The position numbers were made by a program, and so were the translations under genes. The notes beneath the pieces were generated by a model. It searched no databases. It saw nothing but the letters and a program-made list of their open reading frames with translations, and was not told the DNA's origin. Of a DNA stretch of 56,102 nucleotides, positions 37,685-46,496 are shown one piece after another; the stretch's first letter is position 1, and every line of letters begins with the position of its first letter. This stretch comes from Elusimicrobiota bacterium. GTDB taxonomy: Bacteria > Elusimicrobiota > Elusimicrobia > UBA1565 > UBA9628. The stretch spans positions 1 through 56,102 of the forward strand of contig JAYTSX010000239.1 in assembly GCA_043745445.1 (NCBI GenBank), in the 5' to 3' direction.

Positions 37685-38944
37685 TTAGCCTTTTCGGCGC
37701 ATAAACAGAGCGCCCCCGGCGATCGCGGCGAGCGCCAAAGCGCCGACCCCTATAAGCGGGTTTGAGCTCCCATCGTTGGCACCGGCGGTTCCTGGAAGCG
37801 CGATGGCCGTTGCGCTCTTCCATAAGCGTCTCACGGAAGCCACAGCTTGCGATACCGGGGTCCGCTCGGCGGGCGCACCTTCACGGGTGGCGCTCTTGAT
37901 GGCGTCCTCATCTCCGACGCCGCCGTCGCTGAGGGCGCGCGCCGCTTCCATTGCCTTCGCGCGCGCGATGTCGGAGCGCGCGGCTCCCGGGCTCGGCATG
38001 CCGCCGCGTTCCGCCGAGCCATCGAGTTCCTTCTGGAGGGCGTCCCACATGTTGTCGAGGTCCTCAGGTGCCACGAAATCGCCCTTTTTGTAGGAGGCTT
38101 TCTCGACATTCTTGTTGCAGTCCCCCGAGAGCTTGGAGCAGGAGGCGGTATGGACGAAGTCGCGGTCTTCCTCGGTCGTGCCGACATCTTTGTACACCGG
38201 ATCGTCCTTCTTTTCTTTGTAGCCGCGCTTGAGGTCGGCGTAATGTTCGGGGCTTACGCTCGAGAAAAAATCAGGCCGACGGCCGAGGGCCGCGGGCATC
38301 GAGGCGATTTCTTTTTGAAGGCGAGCATAGTCTGCCGGCGTCGCGGGCTTGCCATCAAGGCGCAAGACACTCTTTCCATCGGGCCCGAGCTTGAGCCCTG
38401 CCGCTGCGAAGGCCGGGGCGTAGCCGGAGTTGGCCGCCAAGGCGAAATCGGACGGGGACTTGGGGCGACCTGGATCACCCGAGGCCCCGGCGTTGAAGTC
38501 GGAGGGCTTGTCCGCCGCGTGGCCGGTTCCGGCCGGTGGGGACGCGCCTGGCGCCGCCGGCGACCCTCCGGATGAGGACCCTCCGCTCCCGCCGTCGGCC
38601 GCGCCCGCGCTTCCACCCGGCATGCCGCCCCCGGCGTCGGCGGACGGCAAAGAACTTTTCAACGCGGCGGCCGCGGTGGCGGCTTTCTTTGACGCCGCAC
38701 CGCCTCGGGCGGCGGACTCGGCCGCCTCGGCGGCGTCGAGCTCCGCGTCCGTCATGGACTTTCCCGCGCTTCCACGCCGGGCCCGGCGTGCCGCTCGACG
38801 CGCGGTGCGCCGCTCTTTACCGCTGACGGTCCCGTCTCCGTCCGTGTCGCGGTCATCAGGCTTGGACGATACGGCGGCAGGCGCATCCTCCGCCCTCGCC
38901 GCGGGCGGCCCCGTTAGAAACAGGGCCGTGAGCAAGGTCAACAT
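37685..38944 (-). CDS. secreted Ala/Gly/Pro-rich protein with an EF-hand-like loop and a C-terminal motif-TM-basic sorting-type tail
   Basis: Track ORF trimmed to the ATG at 38944 (MLTLLTALFLTGPPAARAED). DTDGDGTVSGKE fits the 12-residue EF-hand loop. The C-terminus reads LPGTAGANDGSSNPLIGVGALALAAIAGGALFMRRKG. Confidence 0.6.
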   Translation of the reverse strand: MLTLLTALFLTGPPAARAEDAPAAVSSKPDDRDTDGDGTVSGKERRTARRAARRARRGSAGKSMTDAELDAAEAAESAARGGAASKKAATAAAALKSSLPSADAGGGMPGGSAGAADGGSGGSSSGGSPAAPGASPPAGTGHAADKPSDFNAGASGDPGRPKSPSDFALAANSGYAPAFAAAGLKLGPDGKSVLRLDGKPATPADYARLQKEIASMPAALGRRPDFFSSVSPEHYADLKRGYKEKKDDPVYKDVGTTEEDRDFVHTASCSKLSGDCNKNVEKASYKKGDFVAPEDLDNMWDALQKELDGSAERGGMPSPGAARSDIARAKAMEAARALSDGGVGDEDAIKSATREGAPAERTPVSQAVASVRRLWKSATAIALPGTAGANDGSSNPLIGVGALALAAIAGGALFMRRKG

Positions 38945-38951
38945 GCCGCTC

Positions 38952-40001
38952 CTAGAACTTCGGGCAACGGAGCGAACGGTTCGCCCGGCGTCGCTCCTTG
39001 TTGCCGAAGGGCCAGCCGATGTGAATGCGCGGCAGGCGGATGCGCGGCAGCGTGATTTCGCGGCGCTCCCGGTATTCGACGGAGGCCGTGACCACGTGGG
39101 CCTCGCCCGGTATGTCTTTGCCCGGTTTGTCGTCCCTGACCTCGAAGACCGCGTCGAAGGTGAGCTGGACGAACTTGTTCGGGTCGTAGAATGCGGCGAT
39201 CTTGGAGCTATCGCCCGCGACGGCAGCGGCCTTGATTGCGGGCGGGGCCTCGCATGTGCCGGGAGGGTGAAACTTAGGATCGTCGCCGGCGGGTGTGGGA
39301 AACGGGCTCGACGCGCCGGAGGTTCCATTCTTGTTCTCGCCGTAGTAATCGAGCGTGACCTGCTCATCCTCATTGAGGACCAGGCCTTTCGTTTTGAGAT
39401 AGTCGAGCGCGAAGCGGGCGGCGGCCTCGGCGCGCAGTTTGGACAACTCGAGATGGGTCAGCTTCGCGGCCTTGCCGGTGTTGCGTAAAGTGCTGGCCGA
39501 GGACTCCACATGCATCGACACGAGACGGCCGTCGCCCTTTTTGACGACTTCCGCGACCTTGTCGATATTCTGCTTAAGAGTCTGGGCCTCGGCCGAGCCC
39601 TCGAGCACGGTCCACTCGTTGTCGGCGAACAGCCGGCCAAAAGGGGGCGTGTCGATGCTTTTGACGTCGAGCCGGCTGGTGCCCGGGACGGTCACCGCCT
39701 CCTTATCCTGCTCGGCCACGACGATATTGCTGCGGGCCTTTTTCTTAAGGTCTTCGAGCTTCGAGCCCTTCAAGGTGCGGATATCGGCGTCGATCGCCTT
39801 GCGGCGGTGGCCATGAATCTCGGCAGCGATAAAAAGCACGACCGCCTGCTTCTCATCCTCCGGTAACGATTTAAAATCCTTGTCATCGGCGGCGAGCTTT
39901 TCCGCCTTCTTGACGTCTTTCTTGTTGTAGTCCTGCGCGTGAAGCGGCAAAACGGCAGCGGCGGCAATCAATGCGGCGGCGAGGAGGGGTCGAGTGTTCA
40001 T
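38952..40001 (-). CDS. hypothetical secreted protein
   Basis: Track ORF trimmed to the ATG at 40001 (MNTRPLLAAALIAAAAVLPLHAQ). No recognisable domain. Confidence 0.55.
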   Translation of the reverse strand: MNTRPLLAAALIAAAAVLPLHAQDYNKKDVKKAEKLAADDKDFKSLPEDEKQAVVLFIAAEIHGHRRKAIDADIRTLKGSKLEDLKKKARSNIVVAEQDKEAVTVPGTSRLDVKSIDTPPFGRLFADNEWTVLEGSAEAQTLKQNIDKVAEVVKKGDGRLVSMHVESSASTLRNTGKAAKLTHLELSKLRAEAAARFALDYLKTKGLVLNEDEQVTLDYYGENKNGTSGASSPFPTPAGDDPKFHPPGTCEAPPAIKAAAVAGDSSKIAAFYDPNKFVQLTFDAVFEVRDDKPGKDIPGEAHVVTASVEYRERREITLPRIRLPRIHIGWPFGNKERRRANRSLRCPKF

Positions 40002-40115
40002 GGAACGGAGTATGAGCCTGAAAACCCCTAGCGTCAAGCCCCGCAATGCTTCTGACACCTGGACGGCCTTGACGGGTTGGCGGCGTGCCGTTAAGCTTAG
40101 GGTTCAGGAGAAAAA

Positions 40116-41285
40116 TTGTCCAAACTTGATCAAGCTGGCGACGCGATGAACTGGATGTTCCCGACTCTCCCTTATACTATCCGGATTTCCTACAAGGGAC
40201 AGAGCCGAACGGTTGGGACCGGGCCGGAGAAGGTCGAGATGGCCTGTAAGACCGAGGCATCGGTCGCCGCGCTCGCGAGCCAGGATTTATCCGAGTTTCT
40301 CGATCACTACGCGTTGGGAGACGCCGATCTCAATGGCGACATGTATTCTTTCGTCGGTGCGCGCAACTTTGTTCGTCAGGACCAACTCTGGCGCATCAAG
40401 CTTAAGTATCAACTGCGCTACCTCACGACCGCACTTTTTCCCTCGGGGATTCGTCGCAAATTACGGGCGGTGAGTTCGCACTATGATCTACCCAACGAAT
40501 TCATCCTCTCCTACCTCGACAAGCGCACGAAGGCATACTCGTGCGCGATGTGGAAGGATCCGCTTAAAATCGGGAACCTCGACGACGAGGCGCTCGGCGA
40601 TGCGCAGCACAACAAGTTCGACCAGGCGCTGACCGCCCTGCAGGTCCAGCCCGGCGACAAGTTCATCGACATCGGCACGGGCTATGGCTACGCGCCGTGG
40701 CTCGCCGAGACGAAGTACGGCTGCAAGAATACCCTCGGGATTACTCTGTCGCAAAATCAGATCGACGACGGATTCTCGAAAAACCTCAAGCTGCTCCATT
40801 ACCTTGAAGTGCCGGCCGATGGGAGTTTCGATAAGCTTCACACCTGCGGCATGATCAGCCATCTTGATCGTTCTGAGATCGAGCGCTATTACCGGCACTG
40901 CTTCGGAATGCTCAAGAGCGGCGGCAAGGCCTGGTTCCATGCGATTATCCCGCCGGCCAACGACGCGGGGCTCACCAACTACACGACGATCTCCGGCACC
41001 TTCTCGCAGAAATACGTCTTTCCTGATCACTTCCAGTTCCCGATTCACGTGCACCTGAAGATCATCGAGAAGCTGGGCTTCCGGGTAAAGAACATCAACT
41101 TCCGATATGGGCATTACGCGAAGACATTGCGGCATTGGTATAAGCTGTACGTTGATAATCTGCCGCAGACCCGGCACATGATTACGCCGACGATCGAACG
41201 CGCCTGGCATCTTTACTTGACCTACGCCTCGATGGTGGACGGTCCGAACTCAGTGCTGAAGCAGATTCTTTGCGAGAAGCCCTGA
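40116..41285 (+). CDS. cyclopropane-fatty-acyl-phospholipid synthase family (CMAS) methyltransferase
   Basis: 389 aa. HYDLPNEF...YLD....YSCA, SAM motif FIDIGTGYG, C-terminal W..YL..... pattern. TTG start 8 nt after AGGAG. Confidence 0.85.
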   Translation: MSKLDQAGDAMNWMFPTLPYTIRISYKGQSRTVGTGPEKVEMACKTEASVAALASQDLSEFLDHYALGDADLNGDMYSFVGARNFVRQDQLWRIKLKYQLRYLTTALFPSGIRRKLRAVSSHYDLPNEFILSYLDKRTKAYSCAMWKDPLKIGNLDDEALGDAQHNKFDQALTALQVQPGDKFIDIGTGYGYAPWLAETKYGCKNTLGITLSQNQIDDGFSKNLKLLHYLEVPADGSFDKLHTCGMISHLDRSEIERYYRHCFGMLKSGGKAWFHAIIPPANDAGLTNYTTISGTFSQKYVFPDHFQFPIHVHLKIIEKLGFRVKNINFRYGHYAKTLRHWYKLYVDNLPQTRHMITPTIERAWHLYLTYASMVDGPNSVLKQILCEKP

Positions 41286-41286
41286 G

Positions 41287-42129
41287 ATGCATCCGATTTT
41301 GTGCCGCTGGGCGGACGGCACGACGCTTGCGACCTACTCCGTGCTCACCGCGCTCGGCTACCTGACCGGCATCGTCTGGCTTCGGACCCAGGTCAAGAAT
41401 ATGCAGGGCACGCCGGCGCTTTTCTATTCGCTCGTGGCGAGCTTGCTGGTTGCAGCTTTGTCGGGGGGCAAGCTGGGCTTCTTTCTTGTCGAGTGGCGCG
41501 AGTTCTCCGCGGATCCCGGCCCAATGTTGCGCGAATGGAATACGGGCTGGGTGTTCTGGTCGGGCTTTTTGCTCGCGTGCCTCGCGGGTTATTTTTATCA
41601 GCTCTGGTACAACAAGACGCACCGGCCGCGGGCCTATTTGCCTGTCGCGGATTATTTCGGTACGGCGCTCGCGATGGGCCATGTGATCGGACGGATCGGC
41701 TGCTGGACCGAGGGCTGCTGCCATGGTCGCTCGTCGGGCTTGCCCTGGGGCTCGGTGTTCATGGACCCCGCGTCGAGCGTGCCGAAGCATCTGCTTGGGG
41801 TGCTGTTGTATCCGACTCAGCTCTACGAGGCTTTCGGCGAGGCCGTCGCGGCCACAGTCCTGATTGGCTGGATTTTGCCGGGCATACGCGCCGGAAGGTT
41901 TCGCTACGGCACGGCGTTTCTCGGTTACATCCTTTACTATTCGATTCTGCGGTTCTTAATTGAGTGTATGCGCGGGGATGATCGCGGCGTCTTTCTCTGG
42001 TCGGCGCTGTCGCCGTCGCAATGGGTTTCGCTTGCGGCGGGCCTGGGGGCTGGATGGGCGATTAAGGTTCGCGGCGTCGTCGAGGCGAACCCCAAGACGC
42101 GGACGATCTTCGCCGACGGAAAACCCTAG
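41287..42129 (+). CDS. lgt: prolipoprotein diacylglyceryl transferase
   Basis: 280 aa. GRIGCW..GCCHG, YPTQLYEA, RGDDRG, multi-TM. Confidence 0.92.
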   Translation: MHPILCRWADGTTLATYSVLTALGYLTGIVWLRTQVKNMQGTPALFYSLVASLLVAALSGGKLGFFLVEWREFSADPGPMLREWNTGWVFWSGFLLACLAGYFYQLWYNKTHRPRAYLPVADYFGTALAMGHVIGRIGCWTEGCCHGRSSGLPWGSVFMDPASSVPKHLLGVLLYPTQLYEAFGEAVAATVLIGWILPGIRAGRFRYGTAFLGYILYYSILRFLIECMRGDDRGVFLWSALSPSQWVSLAAGLGAGWAIKVRGVVEANPKTRTIFADGKP

Positions 42130-44162
42130 CTTTTGCCGGGCTTCAGGCCGATGCTTTCGAGGAACGCGTCCTCGTTGGGCTCGCGGCCGAGGAACGCTTT
42201 CAGCGATTCCATCTCGTCTCGCGAAGAGCCGCGTTCAAGGATCTCGGTCCGGTAGCGGCGCCCAAGCACGGGATTTAAAACGCCGTCCGCTTTAAAGCGC
42301 GAGAACATGTCCTCGGCGTACACCTTGGACCAGAGGTAGCCGTAGTAGCCGGCATCATAGCCCATCAAGTGCCCGAAGCTCGCCTCGGGATGCGTGCCCG
42401 GTGTCGTCGGGATCATCGAAATATCCGCGGCGAGACGCGTATAAGCTGCGGTCGTATCGGAAGGCGGCGTGCCGTGGTAGAGTTGGTCGACCGACCCGAA
42501 CAGAAGCTGGCGCAGGTTGACGAGTCCTGAGTTCACATTCTTGGCGGCGAGCATTTTGCCGAGAAGTTCGTTGGGCAGCTTTTGGGAGTGGTCCAGGTAG
42601 TGGCCCGACAGCGCCTGCAGGACTTCGCCGTCCCAGACCCAGTTCTCGAGCATCTGCGACGGAGCCTCGACGAAATCCCGCGCGGTGGCTGAGCCCGCGA
42701 AACGGCCGAAGCGCGCCTTGGTCAGAGTCTGATGCATGATGTGGCCGAATTCGTGGAAGAAAGTTTCGACCTCATCGTGCGTCAGAAGAGATGGCCGGTC
42801 TTTTGTCGACTTGTTAAAGTTGGCGACCATAGAAGACACCGGCTTTTGATAGCGTCCATCCGGAAGCAAGCGGCCCGTGATCATGGAGAACGCGGCGGCG
42901 TGCTTGTACTTGCCTTCGCGCGGGAACAGATCAAGGTAGAAGTATGCGATCGGTTCGCCGCCCGCGGCGTCGGTGATCTCAAAGAGCTTTACATCGGGGT
43001 GCCAGGTCGCGCCGTTCTCGATGCGGCGGAATTTTAGGCCCAGGAGCTTCTGGTAGACGGCGAGCATTTGATCGGTCACGTAATCGGCGGGGAAGTATTC
43101 CTTGATCTTCTGGTTGTCCACGGCGTACTTAGCCTTCTTGAGCTGGTTGTCGTAGTAGCGCCAGTCCCAGGCGTTGAAGCGGCCGTCGGAGGCCTTGCCC
43201 TCGAAGACGAACTTGAGCGATTTGAGAACCTCAAGCTCGTCGGCGCCCAGGATCTGCAGCTTTTTACGCAGGCGGCTGATGAAAGCGGCGACCGTTTTCG
43301 GGTCCTTCGCCATGCGGTCCTCGAGCACGAAATGCGCGTGCGTCGGGTAGCCGAGGAGCTTGGCGGCCTTGCGGCGTAGCGTGAGAACGTCTTTCAGCAC
43401 GGAGAGGTTGAGTCGCGCGGCGCGATCGTTGAACTTGCCCTCCATGACGCGGCGGGCGGCCGGATTGGAGGAGTTCTCCATGAACGGGAAGTAGTCGGGG
43501 TAGTCGAGACCGACCTTATATTTCCCGTCGATCTTCTCGAGCCTGGCCACGAAGTCTTCGGGCAGGCCGTCGAGCTCGGACTTGTCGAACGCGGCGAAAT
43601 CCTTATACTCGTTTATGTTTTTGCCGAAGGTGGCCTCGAGCTCGACGAGCTTCTTGCGCAGGCCGGTGACCTCCTGACGCTTCTCTTTCGTCAGCTCGAG
43701 ACCGGAACGCTTGAAGTCGAGGAGCTCTTTGTCGACCAGGCGTTTTGATTCGCCGGTGAGCGCCTCGCCTTTGGACGCATACTCCTTCAGCGCCCGGTAG
43801 AGATCTTCGCGCGAATACATATCCACGGAAAACTGGCCGAGCAAGGTCTCGCACTCATTGCCGGCGTCGCGCACGGAGGACGAAATCGAGACATACTTGA
43901 GGAAGGTGTCGGATGCGGTGTTGTCCGAGAGATCTGAGCCGATCTGGTCGAGCGCCGCGGGCGTGTTGTCAAAGGTTCGGTTGCTTGCGGGCATGCGGGC
44001 GACGGTCTCAAGCGCGGACTCGGCGCGTTTCTTCGCCGCGCGGCAGTCCTCCATCAGCTCCGACGCCGTCGGCTCATACCGGAGCGTCGACGCGGGAATG
44101 AACGGAGTCGACGCCGCGGAGGCGACCGACGACAGAACGAGCAGGAAGAGAGCGTGTTTCAT
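42126..44162 (-). CDS. secreted M3-family zinc oligopeptidase (thimet oligopeptidase / Dcp-like)
   Basis: 678 aa. Signal peptide, HEFGH zinc motif with a downstream E (FVEAPSQ). Confidence 0.9.
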   Translation of the reverse strand: MKHALFLLVLSSVASAASTPFIPASTLRYEPTASELMEDCRAAKKRAESALETVARMPASNRTFDNTPAALDQIGSDLSDNTASDTFLKYVSISSSVRDAGNECETLLGQFSVDMYSREDLYRALKEYASKGEALTGESKRLVDKELLDFKRSGLELTKEKRQEVTGLRKKLVELEATFGKNINEYKDFAAFDKSELDGLPEDFVARLEKIDGKYKVGLDYPDYFPFMENSSNPAARRVMEGKFNDRAARLNLSVLKDVLTLRRKAAKLLGYPTHAHFVLEDRMAKDPKTVAAFISRLRKKLQILGADELEVLKSLKFVFEGKASDGRFNAWDWRYYDNQLKKAKYAVDNQKIKEYFPADYVTDQMLAVYQKLLGLKFRRIENGATWHPDVKLFEITDAAGGEPIAYFYLDLFPREGKYKHAAAFSMITGRLLPDGRYQKPVSSMVANFNKSTKDRPSLLTHDEVETFFHEFGHIMHQTLTKARFGRFAGSATARDFVEAPSQMLENWVWDGEVLQALSGHYLDHSQKLPNELLGKMLAAKNVNSGLVNLRQLLFGSVDQLYHGTPPSDTTAAYTRLAADISMIPTTPGTHPEASFGHLMGYDAGYYGYLWSKVYAEDMFSRFKADGVLNPVLGRRYRTEILERGSSRDEMESLKAFLGREPNEDAFLESIGLKPGKS

Positions 44163-44181
44163 GGGTTGATGATACTAAAGC

Positions 44182-44273
44182 GCGGAACTTGGTGTCAGGC
44201 TTACCGGTTACAGTATTGGATGAGGCCGCGAATAAAAAATACTGTAACCGGTAAGCCTGACACCAAGTTCCGC
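44182..44273. repeat. 92-bp element: perfect 36-bp inverted repeat with a 20-nt loop; long copy of the 6016-6045 palindrome
   Basis: GCGGAACTTGGTGTCAGGCTTACCGGTTACAGTATT (44182-44217) is exactly complementary to AATACTGTAACCGGTAAGCCTGACACCAAGTTCCGC (44238-44273). Confidence 0.9.
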
Positions 44274-44278
44274 AGTTC

Positions 44279-45094
44279 TTATTCGCGGATGAGGAGTTCG
44301 CCGGCGGAGGTGCGGGTCAGGGTGAGGATGAGGCCGCCCAGGTCTACGGCGGCGCTGGTGTTGAGAGGAAGCTTGGCTTCCGCCAGCGGCCAGGCCTTTG
44401 ACGAGAGGCCGTCTTCCTTGGTGAAGAGGAAGCTGTGGGTGTTGGCGAAGCCGGAGCCGTCGGGAAGAACATCGGCGTCGTAGGAGAGCCACAGCTCGAC
44501 GCCCTTGGCCTTGAAGACGAAGGCTTTCGCGCGGATCGCGTCGAGGAGCGCACCGGTTTTCATCTCATGCGACGGGCCGCTTGCTCCCTGGACGGGGGCC
44601 ATCTTCAGCGTGCTGCCGCGAACGGGGCTGAAGATGTTGATGATGACCTTGAAGTTGTACACGGTCGAGGCGTCGATGCGCGCATCGATACCGGGGCCGC
44701 GCAGCCGGTTCATATCGCCTACGGGAGCCAGACTGGTTCCCTTTGAGTCGGTGAAGGCGAAGTACTTTCCCGAGAAGGCCGCGTCGGAAACGATGCCCAG
44801 GTCGAGCGTCCGCGCGCCGAACTGCCTGGTCGCGATGTGCCGATTGGCCGACAGTAGAGTGGGAAGGGAAACATTGCCGACGATCGGGCCGAGGGTGCGC
44901 GAAGGGTGGATCGGCAAGGGGTTCAGCGGCTGTTGAAGGGTCGGTTCCTGAGTTTGCAGGAGGTCTGGATGAACGGCCTGAGGCAGGGCCTGGATGAGGG
45001 CGGCATCGGCTGAGAAACGCAGGGCCTCGACGGACTGCGCCGCCGCCGCGGACGCCAGGAACGCCGTCGTCGTGATCGCGAGGATTATTTTCAT
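44279..45094 (-). CDS. hypothetical secreted protein
   Basis: 271 aa. Signal peptide MKIILAITTTAFLASAAAAQ. ATGA overlap with the upstream M14 peptidase gene. Confidence 0.55.
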   Translation of the reverse strand: MKIILAITTTAFLASAAAAQSVEALRFSADAALIQALPQAVHPDLLQTQEPTLQQPLNPLPIHPSRTLGPIVGNVSLPTLLSANRHIATRQFGARTLDLGIVSDAAFSGKYFAFTDSKGTSLAPVGDMNRLRGPGIDARIDASTVYNFKVIINIFSPVRGSTLKMAPVQGASGPSHEMKTGALLDAIRAKAFVFKAKGVELWLSYDADVLPDGSGFANTHSFLFTKEDGLSSKAWPLAEAKLPLNTSAAVDLGGLILTLTRTSAGELLIRE

Positions 45095-46419
45095 TTGGTC
45101 GCTTCTCCTTGGGACTTAGACGACGGGGCCGCGGCGAAGACGCCCGTGCCGGAGGAGGCCCGCAGAGGGTCATCGGACAGATCGATGAGGTACAGCGCAG
45201 GGCGGATGTTGGCCTGGAAAACCCGCGACACGACGCCCGCGCCCGGGTAGAAGCCGCCATCCCACATCGATTTCGGCGTCAGCTCGAAGGTGAACGCGAA
45301 AATGCCCTTCTCGCCCCAGGCCCAGTCGCAGGTATCGCCGGTGGCGATGTAGAGATCGCTCGACTGCTCCGGCGTGTAGCCCGTCATCTTCGCCATCTCG
45401 CCGGCCATGGTCTTAAACGCCGTCAGCGCCTTCGCGTCGGGGATCTGCGCGTCAGAGCCGCCCCACGGATAGAGGATCAGCTCGGAAAAGGTGTGGTAGG
45501 ACAGGAGGACCTTAAGGTTCGGCCGGGCCGTGACGAAGTCGCGCACGGCCTTGCTCTCCGGCTCGGAGAACGCGGCGGGCCCTCGGTAGGTGTCGTCACC
45601 CGGGTTCGGCGAGGCCCCGCCGCCGCCCCATCCCCAGGCGTAGTTGCGATTGAGGTCCACGCCGGTCGAGCCGTCGGCATTCTTGGCCATGTTCTTGCGG
45701 TGCATGTGGTACTTGCCGCCCTCGATGTCGTACTCGACGCCGTCGGGGTTGACCATCGGGATGAAGTAGATGTCGCGTGACTCGAGCAGGCGGGCGATGT
45801 CAGCGTCGGCGCGGTTGTCGACGAGGTGCTTGGCGATCAGGAGGGGGACCTCAGTCGAGAGATGCTCGCGCGCGTGGTGGGTGCCCATGAAAACGATGCC
45901 GGGTTTGGTGCTCGGCTTAGATCCCTTGGCGCCCTTGGTCAGGCGCAGGGCCCACAGGTCTTTGCCGAGTGTGGATTTGCCGATGGAGAAAATCGAGACC
46001 AGGTCCGGCGCGCGCGCGGCGATCGAGCGCAGGTCCGCTTCAAGTTCCTTATAGTTATGGTAGATCGCGTCCTTCTCGGGGAAGTCGAGGCTGCCAAAGC
46101 GCTGGCGCAAGGAGACCGTCGAGCGGATTTTAAGGCCCGCCTCTTTGGCGCGCGCGAGTGCTGCGGGCGTGGCGAAACCGGCGGCCGTGTCGGGATTGAC
46201 CTCCTCGATGCTGATGCCGAGGTTGACCGCGGCCTGGCGTTCGGCCTTGCTGGGCGCCTCGATGACGACCCAGACCCTTGAATCGAGTTCGCTGATGGCG
46301 GCGGCGGGAGCTTTGACCGTGACGATCGAGGGCGTCTTACCGGGTTTACCGTCGAAGACATCCGGGAGGGCGAAGGCATTCGCGGCGAACAACACCAGGG
46401 CAACGGCGGTCATTTTCAT
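45091..46419 (-). CDS. secreted M14-family zinc carboxypeptidase
   Basis: 442 aa. HHAREH (HxxE), NRNY, SYHTFS, FTFEL. Confidence 0.9.
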   Translation of the reverse strand: MKMTAVALVLFAANAFALPDVFDGKPGKTPSIVTVKAPAAAISELDSRVWVVIEAPSKAERQAAVNLGISIEEVNPDTAAGFATPAALARAKEAGLKIRSTVSLRQRFGSLDFPEKDAIYHNYKELEADLRSIAARAPDLVSIFSIGKSTLGKDLWALRLTKGAKGSKPSTKPGIVFMGTHHAREHLSTEVPLLIAKHLVDNRADADIARLLESRDIYFIPMVNPDGVEYDIEGGKYHMHRKNMAKNADGSTGVDLNRNYAWGWGGGGASPNPGDDTYRGPAAFSEPESKAVRDFVTARPNLKVLLSYHTFSELILYPWGGSDAQIPDAKALTAFKTMAGEMAKMTGYTPEQSSDLYIATGDTCDWAWGEKGIFAFTFELTPKSMWDGGFYPGAGVVSRVFQANIRPALYLIDLSDDPLRASSGTGVFAAAPSSKSQGEATK

Positions 46420-46447
46420 CGGGGCCTCTCAACGCGGGACAGCCTCA

Positions 46448-46477
46448 ATTATAGGCGCGTCCCGGAGAGGGAGTCAA
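46448..46477 (-). promoter_or_regulatory. sigma70-type promoter candidate for the M14 peptidase operon
   Basis: On the minus strand: TTGACT (46477-46472), 18-nt spacer, TATAAT (46453-46448). GAGAGG SD before the ATG at 46419. Confidence 0.55.
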
Positions 46478-46496
46478 GCAAAAAAGGACTAAAGAC

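Noticed and set aside
35928-39373. Long N-terminal extensions of track ORFs. Examples here are 37685-39373 and 35928-36968. The same issue applies to 13200-14327, 16990-17898, 21094-22293, 24990-26261, 47317-47865, 8516-9148 and 10134-10862.
   Set aside because: The extensions overlap the upstream gene in another frame and are Arg/Pro/Ser-rich. Internal starts give signal peptides or canonical N-termini and the stop/start overlaps typical of this operon style.
44154-44483. 109-aa + ORF crossing the palindromic element
   Set aside because: It is the translation of the inverted repeat plus the antisense of a secreted-protein gene. Not coding.
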